Below are positions 11,561-24,129 of a stretch of DNA of 64,000 bases, one piece after another. Numbering within the stretch: position 1 is the first letter of the stretch; every line of letters starts with the position of its first letter. The stretch is from Takakia lepidozioides (lineage: Eukaryota; Plantae; Bryophyta): the NCBI GenBank assembly GCA_030704615.1, contig CM060734.1:1860001-1924000 (forward strand), read 5' to 3'. Made by a program: the position numbers and the translations under genes. The notes below the pieces were generated by a model. That model had not been told where the DNA came from, made no database searches, and worked only from the letters and a program-made list of their open reading frames with translations.

Positions 11561-11768
11561 AACTCAGGGTAATACAGCAGCCAGAAAACACTCCAGACAG
11601 CTGTTTCACCTACCAAACTAAAAAATATCTTTCCCCAGGGTATGTTACCCACCTTCTGGTAAGGCCTTAAAGTTCTCCCAAATCTGAAATGACAGTCTTA
11701 TTGTTGGACCGTCATTGTCATATAAAGTTCTCCAAGTGTGTGAAGACCATGAGCCTTGTGCTTGGGTA

Positions 11769-11893
11769 GTGATCCTGGGTTAAATCCTTCAACATGTGCC
11801 TTCACACCGTCCATTGGCCTCTCGATGGGCTGGGTTGAGCAGTAGGCTCTGCAAATTCATTGGACATTAAAGAAAATTTACCTTTATCTTTAT
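11769..11893 (+). mobile_element. 5'-truncated or diverged copy of a tRNA-derived SINE
   Basis: Aligns by eye with 22912-23032 (GTGATCcTGGGTTaAATCCTTCAACATGTGCCTTCA…GAGCAGTAGGCTCTG…TTTATCTTTTATG). Confidence 0.75.
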
Positions 11894-12959
11894 GAAATGA
11901 AATGAAATGGTGCTTTATAACGTTCGTGGAAAGCTCATAGAGCTTATGGGACAAAATGGAAAGAAAACATGAGAGGGGAAACAGAAAACCAGAGCCAGAG
12001 ATAAGAACTATTGTTCGACTAATTGTCTAAGGGTGAGTGCCTCGTGCATGTAAGCTGCCAAGCACTCTCAAAGAGGTTATTTTCTCCTCACTATAATGAA
12101 GGGCCTGATGTGTTAGAAGTAGCTTCCCGTTTTTTTTTTTTTTTTTTTTTTTTGAAAGTCTTAGGTGTCTACCTATGGTAATGCAACTTAGTCTCAGTGG
12201 CAATCTTTATGTGCTTCCAATTGATATCAGACTTGTCAAACTCTGGGGATGCCGAAGAGGAGGGACCAGCAGAATTTCGGTCCTCTTTTATTTGAAAAAT
12301 AAAAATAATATGATAGCTTCGAAAACACTCCGCCGTTCTTCTTCCGAAAAACAATGAAATACGGGGTGTATGCATGTAACACCACAATGGGGATGACCCA
12401 CCCTTTTTTGTGAAAATTGAACCTAGTTCCCAGAATTCGTCGCTAGTAGTGCGGAGCAACGCGAAGCCCTAATATACTTAGACTATTTTTGTGATACATA
12501 GATGTATCGTACGTGTGTTAATTAAGTCTGTAGTGTCTTAGAGATGTTATAACGTGGAGGTCATAGGTTCAAGTATATATTGTCTAATATATGTAGAACA
12601 ATGAACGTACTGCCACTGGACTGAACCGAAGTCAATGGTCAACAAGTTTTTGAAATTCAAATTCAAATTTTGAAGTTCAATTTTTTCCATCTAAATTCAA
12701 ATGTACCCCCGTAAACTGCGACATCCGGGGCGACCGCCGGACGATGATAATGAGGCATCGCAGATAAGGATTTTATTTATTTATTTTTTGGACATCTGGG
12801 GTCGCAAGTTGTGCCGTCGTTACCTAGCGACCCCCCTGCATCGCTAATTAGCGACGATATTCTAGCGGCGTCCGAGCGTCGCAATCTGGGGCTTCTACTC
12901 CGCCCCAAAAGGGGGCTTGAGGCGTCGCTACCCAACCCCCCCCCCCCCCCCCCTTTTCG

Positions 12960-13300
12960 AGTTATGAGCATAAACTTTAATAACTCCAAGCAGACTAGCC
13001 GAGTTGGGGGTGTTAATAAGCAAGCATTGAACCCTCCCAAGCGGCCAGGAACAAAGGAATGACTAACAAGGATTGCCGTGCCACCACAGGAGCCCTCGTA
13101 AGTGGCATTCCACCTAGAGGCTGAAGAAGGCCAAACTTGGTTGCCCAGAGAGGAAACCTTGTTGAGATTCAATTTATGTTCTTGGAAAAGAATGGTAGAC
13201 TGTGACAGGGAAAGAGATGAAAGCCAACATTGTAAACAAGAGCGTTTGGGGGTGGAGGAATCATGTCCCAAACCTCTGCCATTCCATGAGTGAATTGTGA
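12960..13300 (-). mobile_element. LINE (L1-like) ORF2 N-terminal AP-endonuclease fragment
   Basis: SWNGRGLG…ILFQEHKL…GGTAILV, the conserved N-terminal EEP motifs. ORF1-like remains may extend to about 14500 but are not identifiable. Confidence 0.75.
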
Positions 13301-15720
13301 AAATTCATGGAGGTTGAGCGTCCAGCAGGCTCAGGGGATCTCCCTGAAGTGATGGCCTGAAAGGCTGTAACTTAAACTTGGTCCGTCTATCATGAGCAGG
13401 AAGGGAAGACACCCAAATGAAAAAAGGTTGGAACAAAGAGGCCAAGGTTGAGAAAGGTTAACAAGCCCACTAGCAAGGGACCTTCACAAATATGCTCATA
13501 GCCAGAAAAAATAAACTGACTATGGTTGCGAGGAGAAAAAGTTAAGTGAAGATAAACCACTGGCAGGCCCAGAAGAACAACAAGATAAAAAGAATGGTCT
13601 CAGGGTGACCAATGTCTTCATCAGAGAGAAGGAGTGTAGGGAGACGTTTAACCCCCACACAGGAAACCAGCAGGTGGCATCGGTGTTTGGAAAGAGGAGC
13701 TGAGATGAAGAAGGGAACCAATTCAACAAAGCAATTGCCGCAGGTTGAACTGGCAGACTTCTGCAAGGATGTGTCTATCCCTATATACCCTTCATTTTGG
13801 GTCTTCATTTATGAATATTTACATGTGTAAGATTCACTTATGGGTCTTATCAATCAAGGTAAATTCAAGTTAAGATCTAAGCGGGGGAGGATTATCTGCT
13901 TCATGTAGGTACTATCTAGTGGAGGCATATCAGGATCTTACTCATTTTTGGCACCAATGGGTGCTCTCTCTCCCTTATAGGGAGGAGCCAACACAAAATT
14001 AAACAATTAAAAAAGAGGACTTAAATGAAAATGTAGTCTCTAGTGACAACTCATGTAAGAACCAGCAGAATCAAAACAAAGGAGTCAGGGATCAGAGTGA
14101 TCTGTTACTAGTCCTTCCTAGTCTGGAAGCCCTCTGTTTCGAGACCACCTTCCAGTAGGAGCAACTTCAGCTTGCAAATAGCAAGACAGCTGGAGACAAG
14201 AAGAGGCCAGATTTCTAGAGCCCTTAAGAGGCATTAATACTGGACGATAGCCACAAATGTGCAAGACCTGCAGAATGCTCAAATTGACATGAGGTTCATG
14301 ACACACCAGGCTGCCCATGAGCCATGCCCTGCAATTCCTTTCCCAGATGTGATGCACAAACACAGAAGTGAAGTGCTCCGCAGCACACCAGTAGCACAGT
14401 TGTAGGGTTTGACGCAGTTCAGGGCCAGGGCCAACTGTACACCAGGGCCAAAACTCTACCTGCACAATCTTCATCAACCACTTAACAGACAGCATTTGTC
14501 AAACTAACACTTTTCTTGGAAAGCCTTTTCAGGAGTCAGAGATGATGGAAGTGATGCATATTAGAAGCCTAGTTATCTGTCATAGTAAGTGCATGTATGA
14601 GCATGATGCCACCAAAGTAGCAACGAATTTTGAGAAGCCAGTGTGGAAATCTTGGAGAGCTCTAGTAGAAGATGAAGTGGGTGAACCACAAATAGAAGAA
14701 CAGCTTAATCTACTTCAGTAGTTCCAAATGTTGCAACAATGTGACTTCAGTGCATACCGAATACATGCACATCCATTTTACATGGCAAACACTTCTTTTA
14801 GAATTGTGTATTGATATCTGCCCCTCACACATGGCCTTGTCAATGAGCTCATCTCTCTCCACCTATTCACCCCGTGCCGAGACATATCATCTGATTTGAC
14901 ATACTCTTATGGTGGGATATAAGATAGTGGAGCTAAGTAAACCTACAGGACTGTCTGTGAAGTGGAAAATAACATCACAACATCTATTTCCAATTACAAG
15001 AGAATGACCTACCCCTAACGCGTCAATTGGGGAGAGGAGCCTGACCTCGTAGAGCGCAGAGGTGATCATTAACCTTCGTCCAAACATTAACACGACCAGC
15101 TTTAATAGGATGGAGCGAGAGGTCGGTGTCCCCACCTTTGGCTCTACCTCACACTGCAAACTAATCTACACCACTCCATAATCTCTTCTTTGATTTTTCC
15201 GGTTATGGCTCCCTCCCCTTCAAGACACCGTAGCCTGTTAGACTACATTACTCGCTGGTACAAAGCCCTGCTATTTCTCCGGGCCAGAAAAGTACTCGAC
15301 ATATTTGAAAGAAGTCAAGAGAAGATGTCCAAGACTCGAGACCTTGAGTTGGAAGTCATATTTCTGGGATTTATTCTACATCAGCTGTCAAAGACCTCAT
15401 GCTTTCCATCCGATAAAATCTATCTAAACTCAAATTGACTATATTACTTGTATGCAATGGGGTTGTAAGCCATGAACTGGCAGGACAGGATTCATGCCCG
15501 CAGAGATCATGTCCAAACCAGCTTACAAGGGCTGTTCTCATCGTGTGCTGAACCTGTAGCACCTGCACTTGAGGGAGCACTTAGAAAAATTTGCTCAATC
15601 CAATGCTGAACGCAAAGCTCTGTCACAGAAGTTGGCAAGCAGAGAAATCCACTTCATTTCACATGTGAGGATGATATGTGTGGAGTGATGTGATTGTCAA
15701 TCGCTTCATTTTGAAACAAA

Positions 15721-15975
15721 TCACCACCATCCATACCGGACTTCAATGTACTTGGCTTTGAGCCACCGGCAGCTACTCCTGACAGTGTGCTTCACTTTGG
15801 CCTCCACCGAAAATACTTTATAGGAGGCAACACGCTTCTTGCGCTTGACTTCAGGGTCGGCAGCTAAGCCCCAGGAGGACCGAGAGCTCTTGCTCTTCAT
15901 ATTGTATTCCTTGTAATGATAAGATGAATCTGAATTGCTTACAGAAAATTGATCGCTGCGACGATCCACAGCCAT
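15721..15975 (-). CDS. DUF3511-family small plant protein
   Basis: WGLAADPEVKRKKRVASYKVFSVEAKVKHTVRSSCRWLK matches the recalled family consensus DPExxRKKRVASYKxYxVEGKxKxSxRxSFRWIK. Confidence 0.88.
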   Translation of the reverse strand: MAVDRRSDQFSVSNSDSSYHYKEYNMKSKSSRSSWGLAADPEVKRKKRVASYKVFSVEAKVKHTVRSSCRWLKAKYIEVRYGWW

Positions 15976-17434
15976 CCTGAATCAAGCTCGCCTCCTCGGA
16001 AGATGCTTGAGCCGCTCTCCGGCAATGAGAAGATGAGAGAGCTGCTATTGGAGGCGAAGAGCCTCCAGCATATTTTCGGCACCTATACCAACAAGACACG
16101 TCCAAGAATCTAGTCACGAGACACCGATTTAATTGTCAGACAACAGACAGACCTGAGCCGCTCTACGCTCACCCGGAACCTCCACCGAGTCAACTCAGAG
16201 GGAGAGACAAACACACAAAATCTTGAAATCCTTTGGAAAAGAGAGTTGAAGGTCGTGCAATCTAGTGTTATGGAAGGAAGAAACAAGACTTGCCGCTCGA
16301 TCGGCAAGAAAGATAAGGCGGCTTGCAGTCAGTTGGTAAAGGAAAGAGAGAGTGGGAGACTTGCACTCGGCTAGGAAGCGACAGCGGCTAAGACGGAAAA
16401 GGCTTCCAGACGCGAGCGTAATCGCAATAGGGCAGATCACGCCTCCCGCGAGAGGGGCCGAAGAGCTGTGCGGGAGGCAGCCATAGCCAGCGACCTCGCT
16501 CGTCTCTGCAGCTTCTCAGGGGAGCCATCGTTTTGACTTGGACCCTGCTAAACCATGGTCAACCAGACTACCCTCGGTAGTTAGTCAATTAATGCGTGCT
16601 TAGTTATTTGGCCCCTAGCGCCCGTGTGCCCCTCGTAACTTATTCCCATTCATGTCACTAACATTGTTTTACCCGAATTTCCGAGGTGTGTTTTATTGTC
16701 ACAGTTTCCAACTATAATATCATTTCCGCAACACAATTGGGTCCTTGTCACTTGTTTGCTTACCATGTCACTAATGACGATGCGTCCTTTATTGCACACA
16801 CCCCTGTACAGGGAGGTTATAGGTGGCCCAATTATCCCATACCGATTGGCGCGAGTGGGGAATGATGGGGATATATTAGGAGCGGCAGGGCGCTACCCGC
16901 CAACGAAACAAAAAAGCAACAATGCGCGTGGCGAAAGTCGCAGAGCCGCGTGGGCCGATCCCCGGGCCGTGCCATCTGTTTAGAATCCTGTACAAGCCGG
17001 GCGAAGGCTCGGCTGCCTACCCATCCGACATTCGTGGCACCATTGATGAGCTGACCCGCCCCGATATTTCTGCGGGCCACTTGTCTTCGCGCTATGTGGG
17101 AATCGGTATCTCGCCCGAAGATAGCTCCGTCGTCCGGGCCTCAAATCTTGACACCCGCTTTGGAGGACGGAATGGAGATGGACGGATTCGAAAAGAAGTT
17201 CTCGCATCCAAGACATTTTTCGATGTGTTTTATACATAAAAGCGAATCTGAAGAGCCGAGGTTTACCAACCCTCCCCGTTGAACTTTATAGTTATTTATA
17301 TCCAGTCGAGAAGGTCACAACGTCGCTCGGGCCCACAAGATCGTGGGATAGTTGTTGTTGTCGCAAATAAATTAAGGTCGTAGATAGTAATATCCCCATA
17401 TCCAATGCCCGCGCAGGCTCGCAAACAAAGTAGA

Positions 17435-17918
17435 GCCTCAGAATTTTGTGTGGCCTCGTCGTAATGAGGCCGCAGGGTGCAGAGGGGACAGGGACCTGAC
17501 AGCGGGCCCGCTACATTAAAAGGATCCCTATTCCCCTCTTTCTCTTATATGTTGAAAAAACGTGGAATCGTTGGCACGGCAGAGGTTGCGGTCTGGTGGT
17601 AGGTTGATGGCGATGTGGCGATACAGGTCATGGGTTCCAGTCCTTGAACGTAGTTCCGGTGGATGGCACTTACTGATACTGCCTCCACAGAGGTGGTATG
17701 CTACTACTCTCATGCAGGTAGTTCAGCTTGGTTTTGCAACTACTACCCTTCATGTAGAAAATCCTAAAACTACCTGCATGGAGGTAGTTGTAAAATTCAT
17801 ATGCCAAAAAAATTCTAAGTCCTTGACGCATGAAGGTAGTTTGCTCCTATATTAATGAGACGGCCTGACGGTCGTCTGACCAGCCTCATAACGACGAGGC
17901 CACACAAAATTCTGAGCC
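17435..17918. mobile_element. Non-autonomous Mutator-like element (MITE)
   Basis: About 37-bp TIRs (GCCTCAGAATTTTGTGTGGCCTCGTCGTAATGAGGC and its reverse complement) and perfect 9-bp TSD CAAAGTAGA at 17426-17434 and 17919-17927. Confidence 0.9.
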
Positions 17919-20171
17919 CAAAGTAGAAAAGGTGACAGACGTGGACGTGTACACACTGGCCTGCGCGGTGTAGCAGGAGGCAGCTGCCACCCTTTGCCGC
18001 TCCTGGCGATACTCCAAGCTCTAACTGGCGTTATTCCATCACGTGGGCTTCCTCACCGAGAGAATCCCTTGCATTGGAGTGATGAGCAAAAGCAGCTGAG
18101 AGCCATGGGAAAGAGAAAGAGTCTCTGTTTCATCAAGGAGGCGGCGGTGAGCCTTTGAGCAGCCAATGTTTTTTGAAGTTGGGACATGAGAATCTAATCA
18201 GACCTGTAGGTTCGACGAAGTTTATAAGTTGGGCACCAATAATATGACTTCGGATATAAGGTCTTTTTATAATCGGAAATAAGCTTGGACTTGCTTCTGT
18301 GCGGTAGTGTAATGTGTGGTTGGCTGGAGAACTACATGATGATAAACCTAATTTCGACCCAAACTCCAACCCAAATAAAATACAGAAACAAATGCTCATA
18401 TGTATAAATTAATATGAGCATATAATTTTTTTAATTCTATCTGAAAATCTTAATATAATGTTCACCACTGATTTTATGCTCACCAAAATTCTGGTCCGCT
18501 CACCAACTCCCAACACCCCTTCACAGTCAGGAGTGAACACCCCTTCACAATCACGAGTGATGCAGTACTAGAAGCTGCTGCTCCAAGCACTTGAAGCACT
18601 CAGCACGTTGCACTTGGGCTTAGTACATCACCGCTCTTGTAGCTTTTCTATGATGCCAGTCTCCTTGAGGGTAAGCCAAGTGGTGTTTGTAGTTTGTACA
18701 CTTACTCGCCATATCGCTCATGAGAACCCCTATACTTTACTCATGACTATTTGGTTCCCAATGGTTGGTGTCTATGGTACTCCAGCACTCCATTGAAACC
18801 GTGATGTGAACTCAATTTTCCTAAGGGCCATTCTGGTGGCTATTCTTTGCACCGGGTTACATTGGAATTCCGCCTTTTCTGTTGTGAAATGGGCCGCTAC
18901 TACCCGGGTAAAGAGCTGATTGCCACTATATCTGTGAATGAATTAGTTGCCCAGTGGAGCGCTACTACTACTCTCTTGCCTAGTAGCTTCGGTCCAAAGG
19001 AAGGCTACTTCTAGAAGACTAAACTGATTTATGGCTTTGCGAGGTAGAGTGATGCTAATGCTCCATCATTGGAAGTGACATATCCAGTTCACCGGCAATG
19101 CATGAGCAAGAACAGATTTTAGCTGAATACTCTCAAACTCAAGGGCTGCTCTCCTAAGTTTGAATTACGCACAGCTTTGTTTCATGAGATAACACATAAC
19201 ACCTACACAGATGTTTGACAGTAGTGCATATCAAACAGGTTTTGCTGAGTGAATCTATTGGCATCATTCTAGCACTGATGTCATTGGTTGTTGTGGTAAA
19301 CATTCACTTGCAGCACCCATCTCATCTTGAAGTGCACCATGGCAGTACTCAAGATGATGTGTCAAAAAGTCATGCGTTTGCACTTTCCAGAGTTTGATGT
19401 ACATTACGTCCTAGTGCTCAGTTGCGAAGTAGCTGAAAAGTCATAAAAGGAAGACAAAGTGAACAGAATGTACTCATAAGACGTTGTTTGGCGTAGCCTT
19501 GTGGCCATTGACCCCGCGCCCAGTTTGAGCGGACCACAAAGGGACAGAACCTACCTCTGTCAGGGGCTGCCGTTGGTAGTAAGACTTACCTTGATACAAA
19601 AAATTGATCCGGGTTTTCCAGATATCCTCTAGAAATCCCTTCACACAAGCATCAATCTGCTGTGTGTGATTTGCCCAAAAACTAGGCCTCAGAAGGGCCT
19701 GGGCTTTTGGCTCAGCCTCGAGACAAGAGAGAACAGACGAGGCACATTTGCCTAAATGGCATGAGAGCTAGTGGGGAGGTTGTTTAGCATCAGAAATCAG
19801 CCATCCAAATCATGGCATTCAACAAGACTTTGTTTCAATCAATACCAGTTCAAAGTTACTTGCTGAATTGGGTACCCAAGGCATTGAGGCCCAAATGAAT
19901 GTCTGCCAACTACTTGGTGGTAGACGTCAACTTGTGCACTTCCCTAGCTCTCTCTTGTAGTTCTCATTTTCAGAAGCATCATTAATGCTAGAATGCTACA
20001 GAATGAAACCTCCACTGCTTGGAGTTGATAAACAATCCGATCAAATCTCCTTCTGCTGTAAATAGCTTCGCTGTTGCAAGTAGCTTCTGAAGTTTCAAAC
20101 AGCAGTCTGTCTCCGACCTAAGGAGACTGGAAACAATAGACGGTTATGAAGGGGACTTGTGCATGCATCAG

Positions 20172-22758
20172 CTAAGCGGCTGCAGTCATCCACCAAAGAC
20201 GGCATGGGCTCTTGAATATGAGTCTATAATGTAGGGGGTGGCACAAATTGAGGGAGGCCCCAATAACTGGGATCAAATTCCAACAAAGACGGTAACACTT
20301 GGTCTGCGCCTTGACGAAGGCTCACGTCTAGATTTGGGTTGGGGACCATCACAACAGGCCTGGCATTATCACAGCACCACTTGTCAGGGACAGAAGGAGA
20401 GCTCAGAAAAGAGATGGTGTTTCAGGTTCAAAAGAGGGAGTGGAGTGAGGGAGTGAGAATGTTGGGCATCAAACACAAACGAAAAAGCTGTAAGCATGAG
20501 CCCGACGTTAACTTTAACTTACATGCCAGCTGCACGAGCAGCTGCCACCCCTGTTGGAGCATCCTCAAAAACCAACACATTTGCTAATTTGAGATCTGGG
20601 TCCTGCAAAATGATAGAACCAGACAATGTGAATGACAGTTGTACCAATGTGCTTTTTGAGGTATAGTCCCTGCCAAAGCCAGCTGTGCAGTTTCTGCCCA
20701 CCACCCAGCGGCACCCAGCCAAGGTATTCTAATACAGGAATAGTCGTTACAAGAACTGGCATACGATAAAAGAGCATGAACTCAAATCCAGTATTGCTTT
20801 TGTCAATAGCTTAAGACATGTGATATTTGTGGTTGAAGTTGCACCGTCCTTCCATAGAGAGAAATAAGTCTGAGGAAACACAACACCTGTAAACAAGAAA
20901 CAAAGAACACACCTGGAACCGCTTGGCTGCAACAAGGAAAATGTCTGGTGCAGGCTTGCCCTGGGTTACTGCAGGGTCATCCCCAACAACAATGTGATGC
21001 ATTAATGCAAAGAGTGGGCCGTGCTTTGTAGTCTTGAGCTCAAAGTGTCGACGGTGTGAGCTGCAGAGGAGGGGGCAATGGTTTAGCTCTCACCGACATG
21101 CAGATAAGCTCGAGGAGCTCCACTAATCGGGGTGCAACAGAGGAGACTGCACAACAACAAGAGAATGCAAACCCAGTTGATGGGATGCCTGCTGATGGAT
21201 TCCAAACCCTTAAAAGTTCTACCTTGAATTTTTCTTCCCCCAATCTAAATGAACTTGATTAACTCATTTACAATGATGCCCCAATTGTCTGTCACACATG
21301 CAGTATAAAGTCACTCACTTACTTTTTCTCTACCCCAAAATCAGTCTCTTGTAATGCTACAAGAAAAGTGCAATCACCACCATATTTTCTTTGCAATTTC
21401 TTAATGGTGTCCGCGGATGCCAATGACATAACAAGAGAAGGTTTTAGGGTGCCATCTTCCATTCTATCGCAAGCTCTGGACTTTGCACAACCTGGTTGCA
21501 ACAGCCATGGGCACTTGATGAGCATGCAAATGCTGAATCAGCCGCTCAACTCCTGAAAGCAACAACAGAGGACATAATGAGGCATAGTAGTTCTCAAATC
21601 CCGGAATGAGAAATGTGGCTCTAAGAAGTGGCCAGCAGTCCATGTTTACTTTCCTATAAAGACTACCCAAATTTTGCTTTTGTGCCCTAGAAATAATCAA
21701 ATTGAGAATGAAACCAAGTTCTCACACTTTGCCAAGTCTAACTTGAAAAGAAGACAGCAATTCAGTAAATGGAAGTTGAATATTAAGAAGGATGAGCTGG
21801 TTGACCAGGCATGAGATCACTGTCAAGGAACATGGCCTGGAGCATTGTCTCCCGCTCCTGAATGAACTTCTCTGCTGTGAGAATGCCCTCTAGACCTGTC
21901 TCCTGAACAAGGATTTGTCCAGCCTCTAATGCTCTTTTCCCCATCATTTTGGCCTTCAAAGACCAGGTAAAGGTTTTCCCATAGTCTGCCAAGATCTTCT
22001 CCTGGACAACCGTATAGAACTTTTCAGTATCTGCATTAGCACCCACAATGTAAGAATGAACAATCGTGTAATGGTAACTATTTGATCTTTGGATTCATTC
22101 AATGACATGAACTTCCTTGATTTGCACATCACGCCCATTTTGACATCGGTTGCAACGTTTCAATTCAACGTGTCCTCGCGCCCTGGAAAATTGAAATAAG
22201 AGAACGCAATAGCATTGCCCATTTTTTTTACGAGTCGCATGCATTCCAGTAAAATACGTTGCAGAACAGGCATCGAAATCTCTTTCCTCAAAATGTTCAT
22301 AAACCGGCGAGTGGTGACAGTGATCCTCGAAATAATCTTCATAAAATTACGACTTGGGAAGTATAAATCCATTTCCTAACTGAAACGTGCTCCGATTCCC
22401 CGTGATCTTCCTTGAACAAAGCAATTATCAGCCTAACTGTAAACTCCAAGTTCCTACACTGTCAACCCACTCTTCTCAAGCCTCACAATTTATCTCTGTC
22501 AATCCATTAATGCCAACAGCCACATGCATAGCGACTACCTTAGATTACCAAATCGACATCAATTATCAAAAAAATTATTGGAATAGCATCCTCAGTACAC
22601 AGGCGCATCAAATGAAGAATGCAGCTGACCTGAATGCATCTCTGACCTACACGAGGGAATCTATGCAACACGAAGAGAGAGAGAAAACCTAAAAGAAGCC
22701 CATCCATGTCAAAGACGACATGACTGATATGGCGCGTCTGAAGTCCCACAGTCGCCAT
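20172..22758 (-). CDS. HAD-superfamily phosphatase (GS1/HDHD1, plant glycerol-3-phosphatase GPP-like), 6 exons
   Basis: Exons about 22758-22690 (VVFDMDGLLL), 22031-21806 (DTEKFY…), 21553-21492 (MAVAT), 21061-20913 (GKPAPDIF), 20604-20521 (VFEDAPTGV), 20359-20172 (VVMVPNP…WGLP), with GT-AG junctions. Confidence 0.93.
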
Positions 22759-22859
22759 GCCTCGTCCTCCAAAAGCCTAAATCTGCACCCACGCTCACAC
22801 ACTCCCCCCCTCTCTCTCTCTCACAGACTGCTTTGCTACTCCCTTGTATGTTTGCACTT

Positions 22860-23040
22860 GAGCAGGTAGCCCAGTGGTTGGGTGTTTGTGCTGTGCCTGT
22901 GCATACCCTAGGTGATCTTGGGTTCAATCCTTCAACATGTGCCTTCAGACCGTCCATTTGGGCCCTCGATGGCCTGTGTGTTGAGCAGTAGGCTCTGTAA
23001 ATTCACTGGACGTTAAGGAAACTTTATCTTTTATGTTTTA
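22860..23040 (+). mobile_element. tRNA-derived SINE
   Basis: Pol III A-box TAGCCCAGTGG (22867-22877), B-box GGTTCAATCC (22921-22930), T/A-rich simple tail; second copy at 11769. Confidence 0.75.
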
Positions 23041-23354
23041 AAGGCCCAGTAATCTGCCGTGTAAAATCTGCCAATTTTCCCAGTTTAAGAGTTTCTGGAC
23101 TGTGGTTAAAATTATCAAAGCCAACTACTTCTGGACATGTGTAAATAGATTTTTCCATCCATATTTTATAGATGAAATATGTGTATTGGATGTAGCTTAT
23201 ATTAGGGTTTGATCCAGCATGGGACTTTCTATACAAAGGTGCCAATTGGATATCACCTTTATATCAGCTGTACGGTCACTTATCAGCTCAGTTATTAGCA
23301 GAGTTAATCTGGATTATCATCCGACATACAATGTCGCATGCACCCGATATTAGA

Positions 23355-23375
23355 GCCCTAACCCTAACCCTAGCC
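23355..23375 (+). promoter_or_regulatory. Telo-box-like repeat upstream of UTP11
   Basis: CCCTAACCCTAACCCTAG about 90 bp before the ATG. Telo-boxes are typical of plant ribosome-biogenesis promoters. Confidence 0.4.
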
Positions 23376-23457
23376 CAAGCCCTTGTCTCCCTCTCTTCGC
23401 ATTCTGAATCCGTGTGGGGTGGGTTGGAGGTGCAGCGGACGCAGGAAGTTGCTCACA

Positions 23458-24129
23458 ATGTCGTCTTTACGGAATGCAGTGAAGAGGCGTGCCCACAAGG
23501 AGCGGCCGCAGCCGAGTGAGCGGAGAAGATTGGGGCTGCTCGAGAAGCACAAGGATTATGTTCTGCGTGCCAGAGATTTTCACAAGAAGGAGGAGACTAT
23601 TCGGAATCTGAAGGAGAAAGCAGCGTTCAGAAACCCTGATGAGTTTTATTACAAGATGATTAACTCTAGGACAGTTAATGGGGTGCACAGGTCCAAGAGT
23701 GATGGGAAGCAATACAGTGAGGAGGAAATGCAGTTGATGAGGACTCATGACATTGGCTACTTGCTGACTAAAGCCCAGATTGAAAGGAAGAAGGTGGATA
23801 GGCTGAAGTCTGATTATTATTCTATCAACGACCCTCCCTCCAATAAACATGTGTACTACGCTGACGAGCGGGATGAGGCAGAGAAGCTAGGATCAGAAGC
23901 ACCAGAGAGGCCCCATGGTTCGCGTCAAGTCCCGAATCTGTCCAAGGGCTTGAGAAAAGAGTTGCAAGAACGTAGTGAGAGAGCTGAGAAGCTGCGTCAG
24001 ATGGCCATGACCATGTCATTGCAGAAACAGCTCACAGGGAAGGGCAGAAAGCGTAAATCATGGTCTGACGAAGTCGGCACATGTACAGAACAGCCTGTCT
24101 ATAAATGGCGACAAGAGAGGAAGACTTAA
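23458..24129 (+). CDS. UTP11: U3 snoRNP/SSU processome protein Utp11, intronless
   Basis: MSSLRNAVKRRAHKERPQP…LLEKHKDY…FRNPDEFYYKM…KGRKRK…VYKWRQERK; true ATG at 23458. Confidence 0.96.
   Translation: MSSLRNAVKRRAHKERPQPSERRRLGLLEKHKDYVLRARDFHKKEETIRNLKEKAAFRNPDEFYYKMINSRTVNGVHRSKSDGKQYSEEEMQLMRTHDIGYLLTKAQIERKKVDRLKSDYYSINDPPSNKHVYYADERDEAEKLGSEAPERPHGSRQVPNLSKGLRKELQERSERAEKLRQMAMTMSLQKQLTGKGRKRKSWSDEVGTCTEQPVYKWRQERKT

Noticed and set aside
12130-12153. Poly-T as the tail of the LINE fragment at 12960-13300
   Set aside because: No RT or zinc-finger sequence between them; the link cannot be supported.
16696-17282. GC-rich overlapping ORFs
   Set aside because: No recognisable domain, splice structure or repeat evidence.
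19585-19595. ACTTACCT as a U1 snRNA 5' end (also at about 48080)
   Set aside because: No U1 body follows; it is simply the reverse complement of a splice-donor-like sequence.
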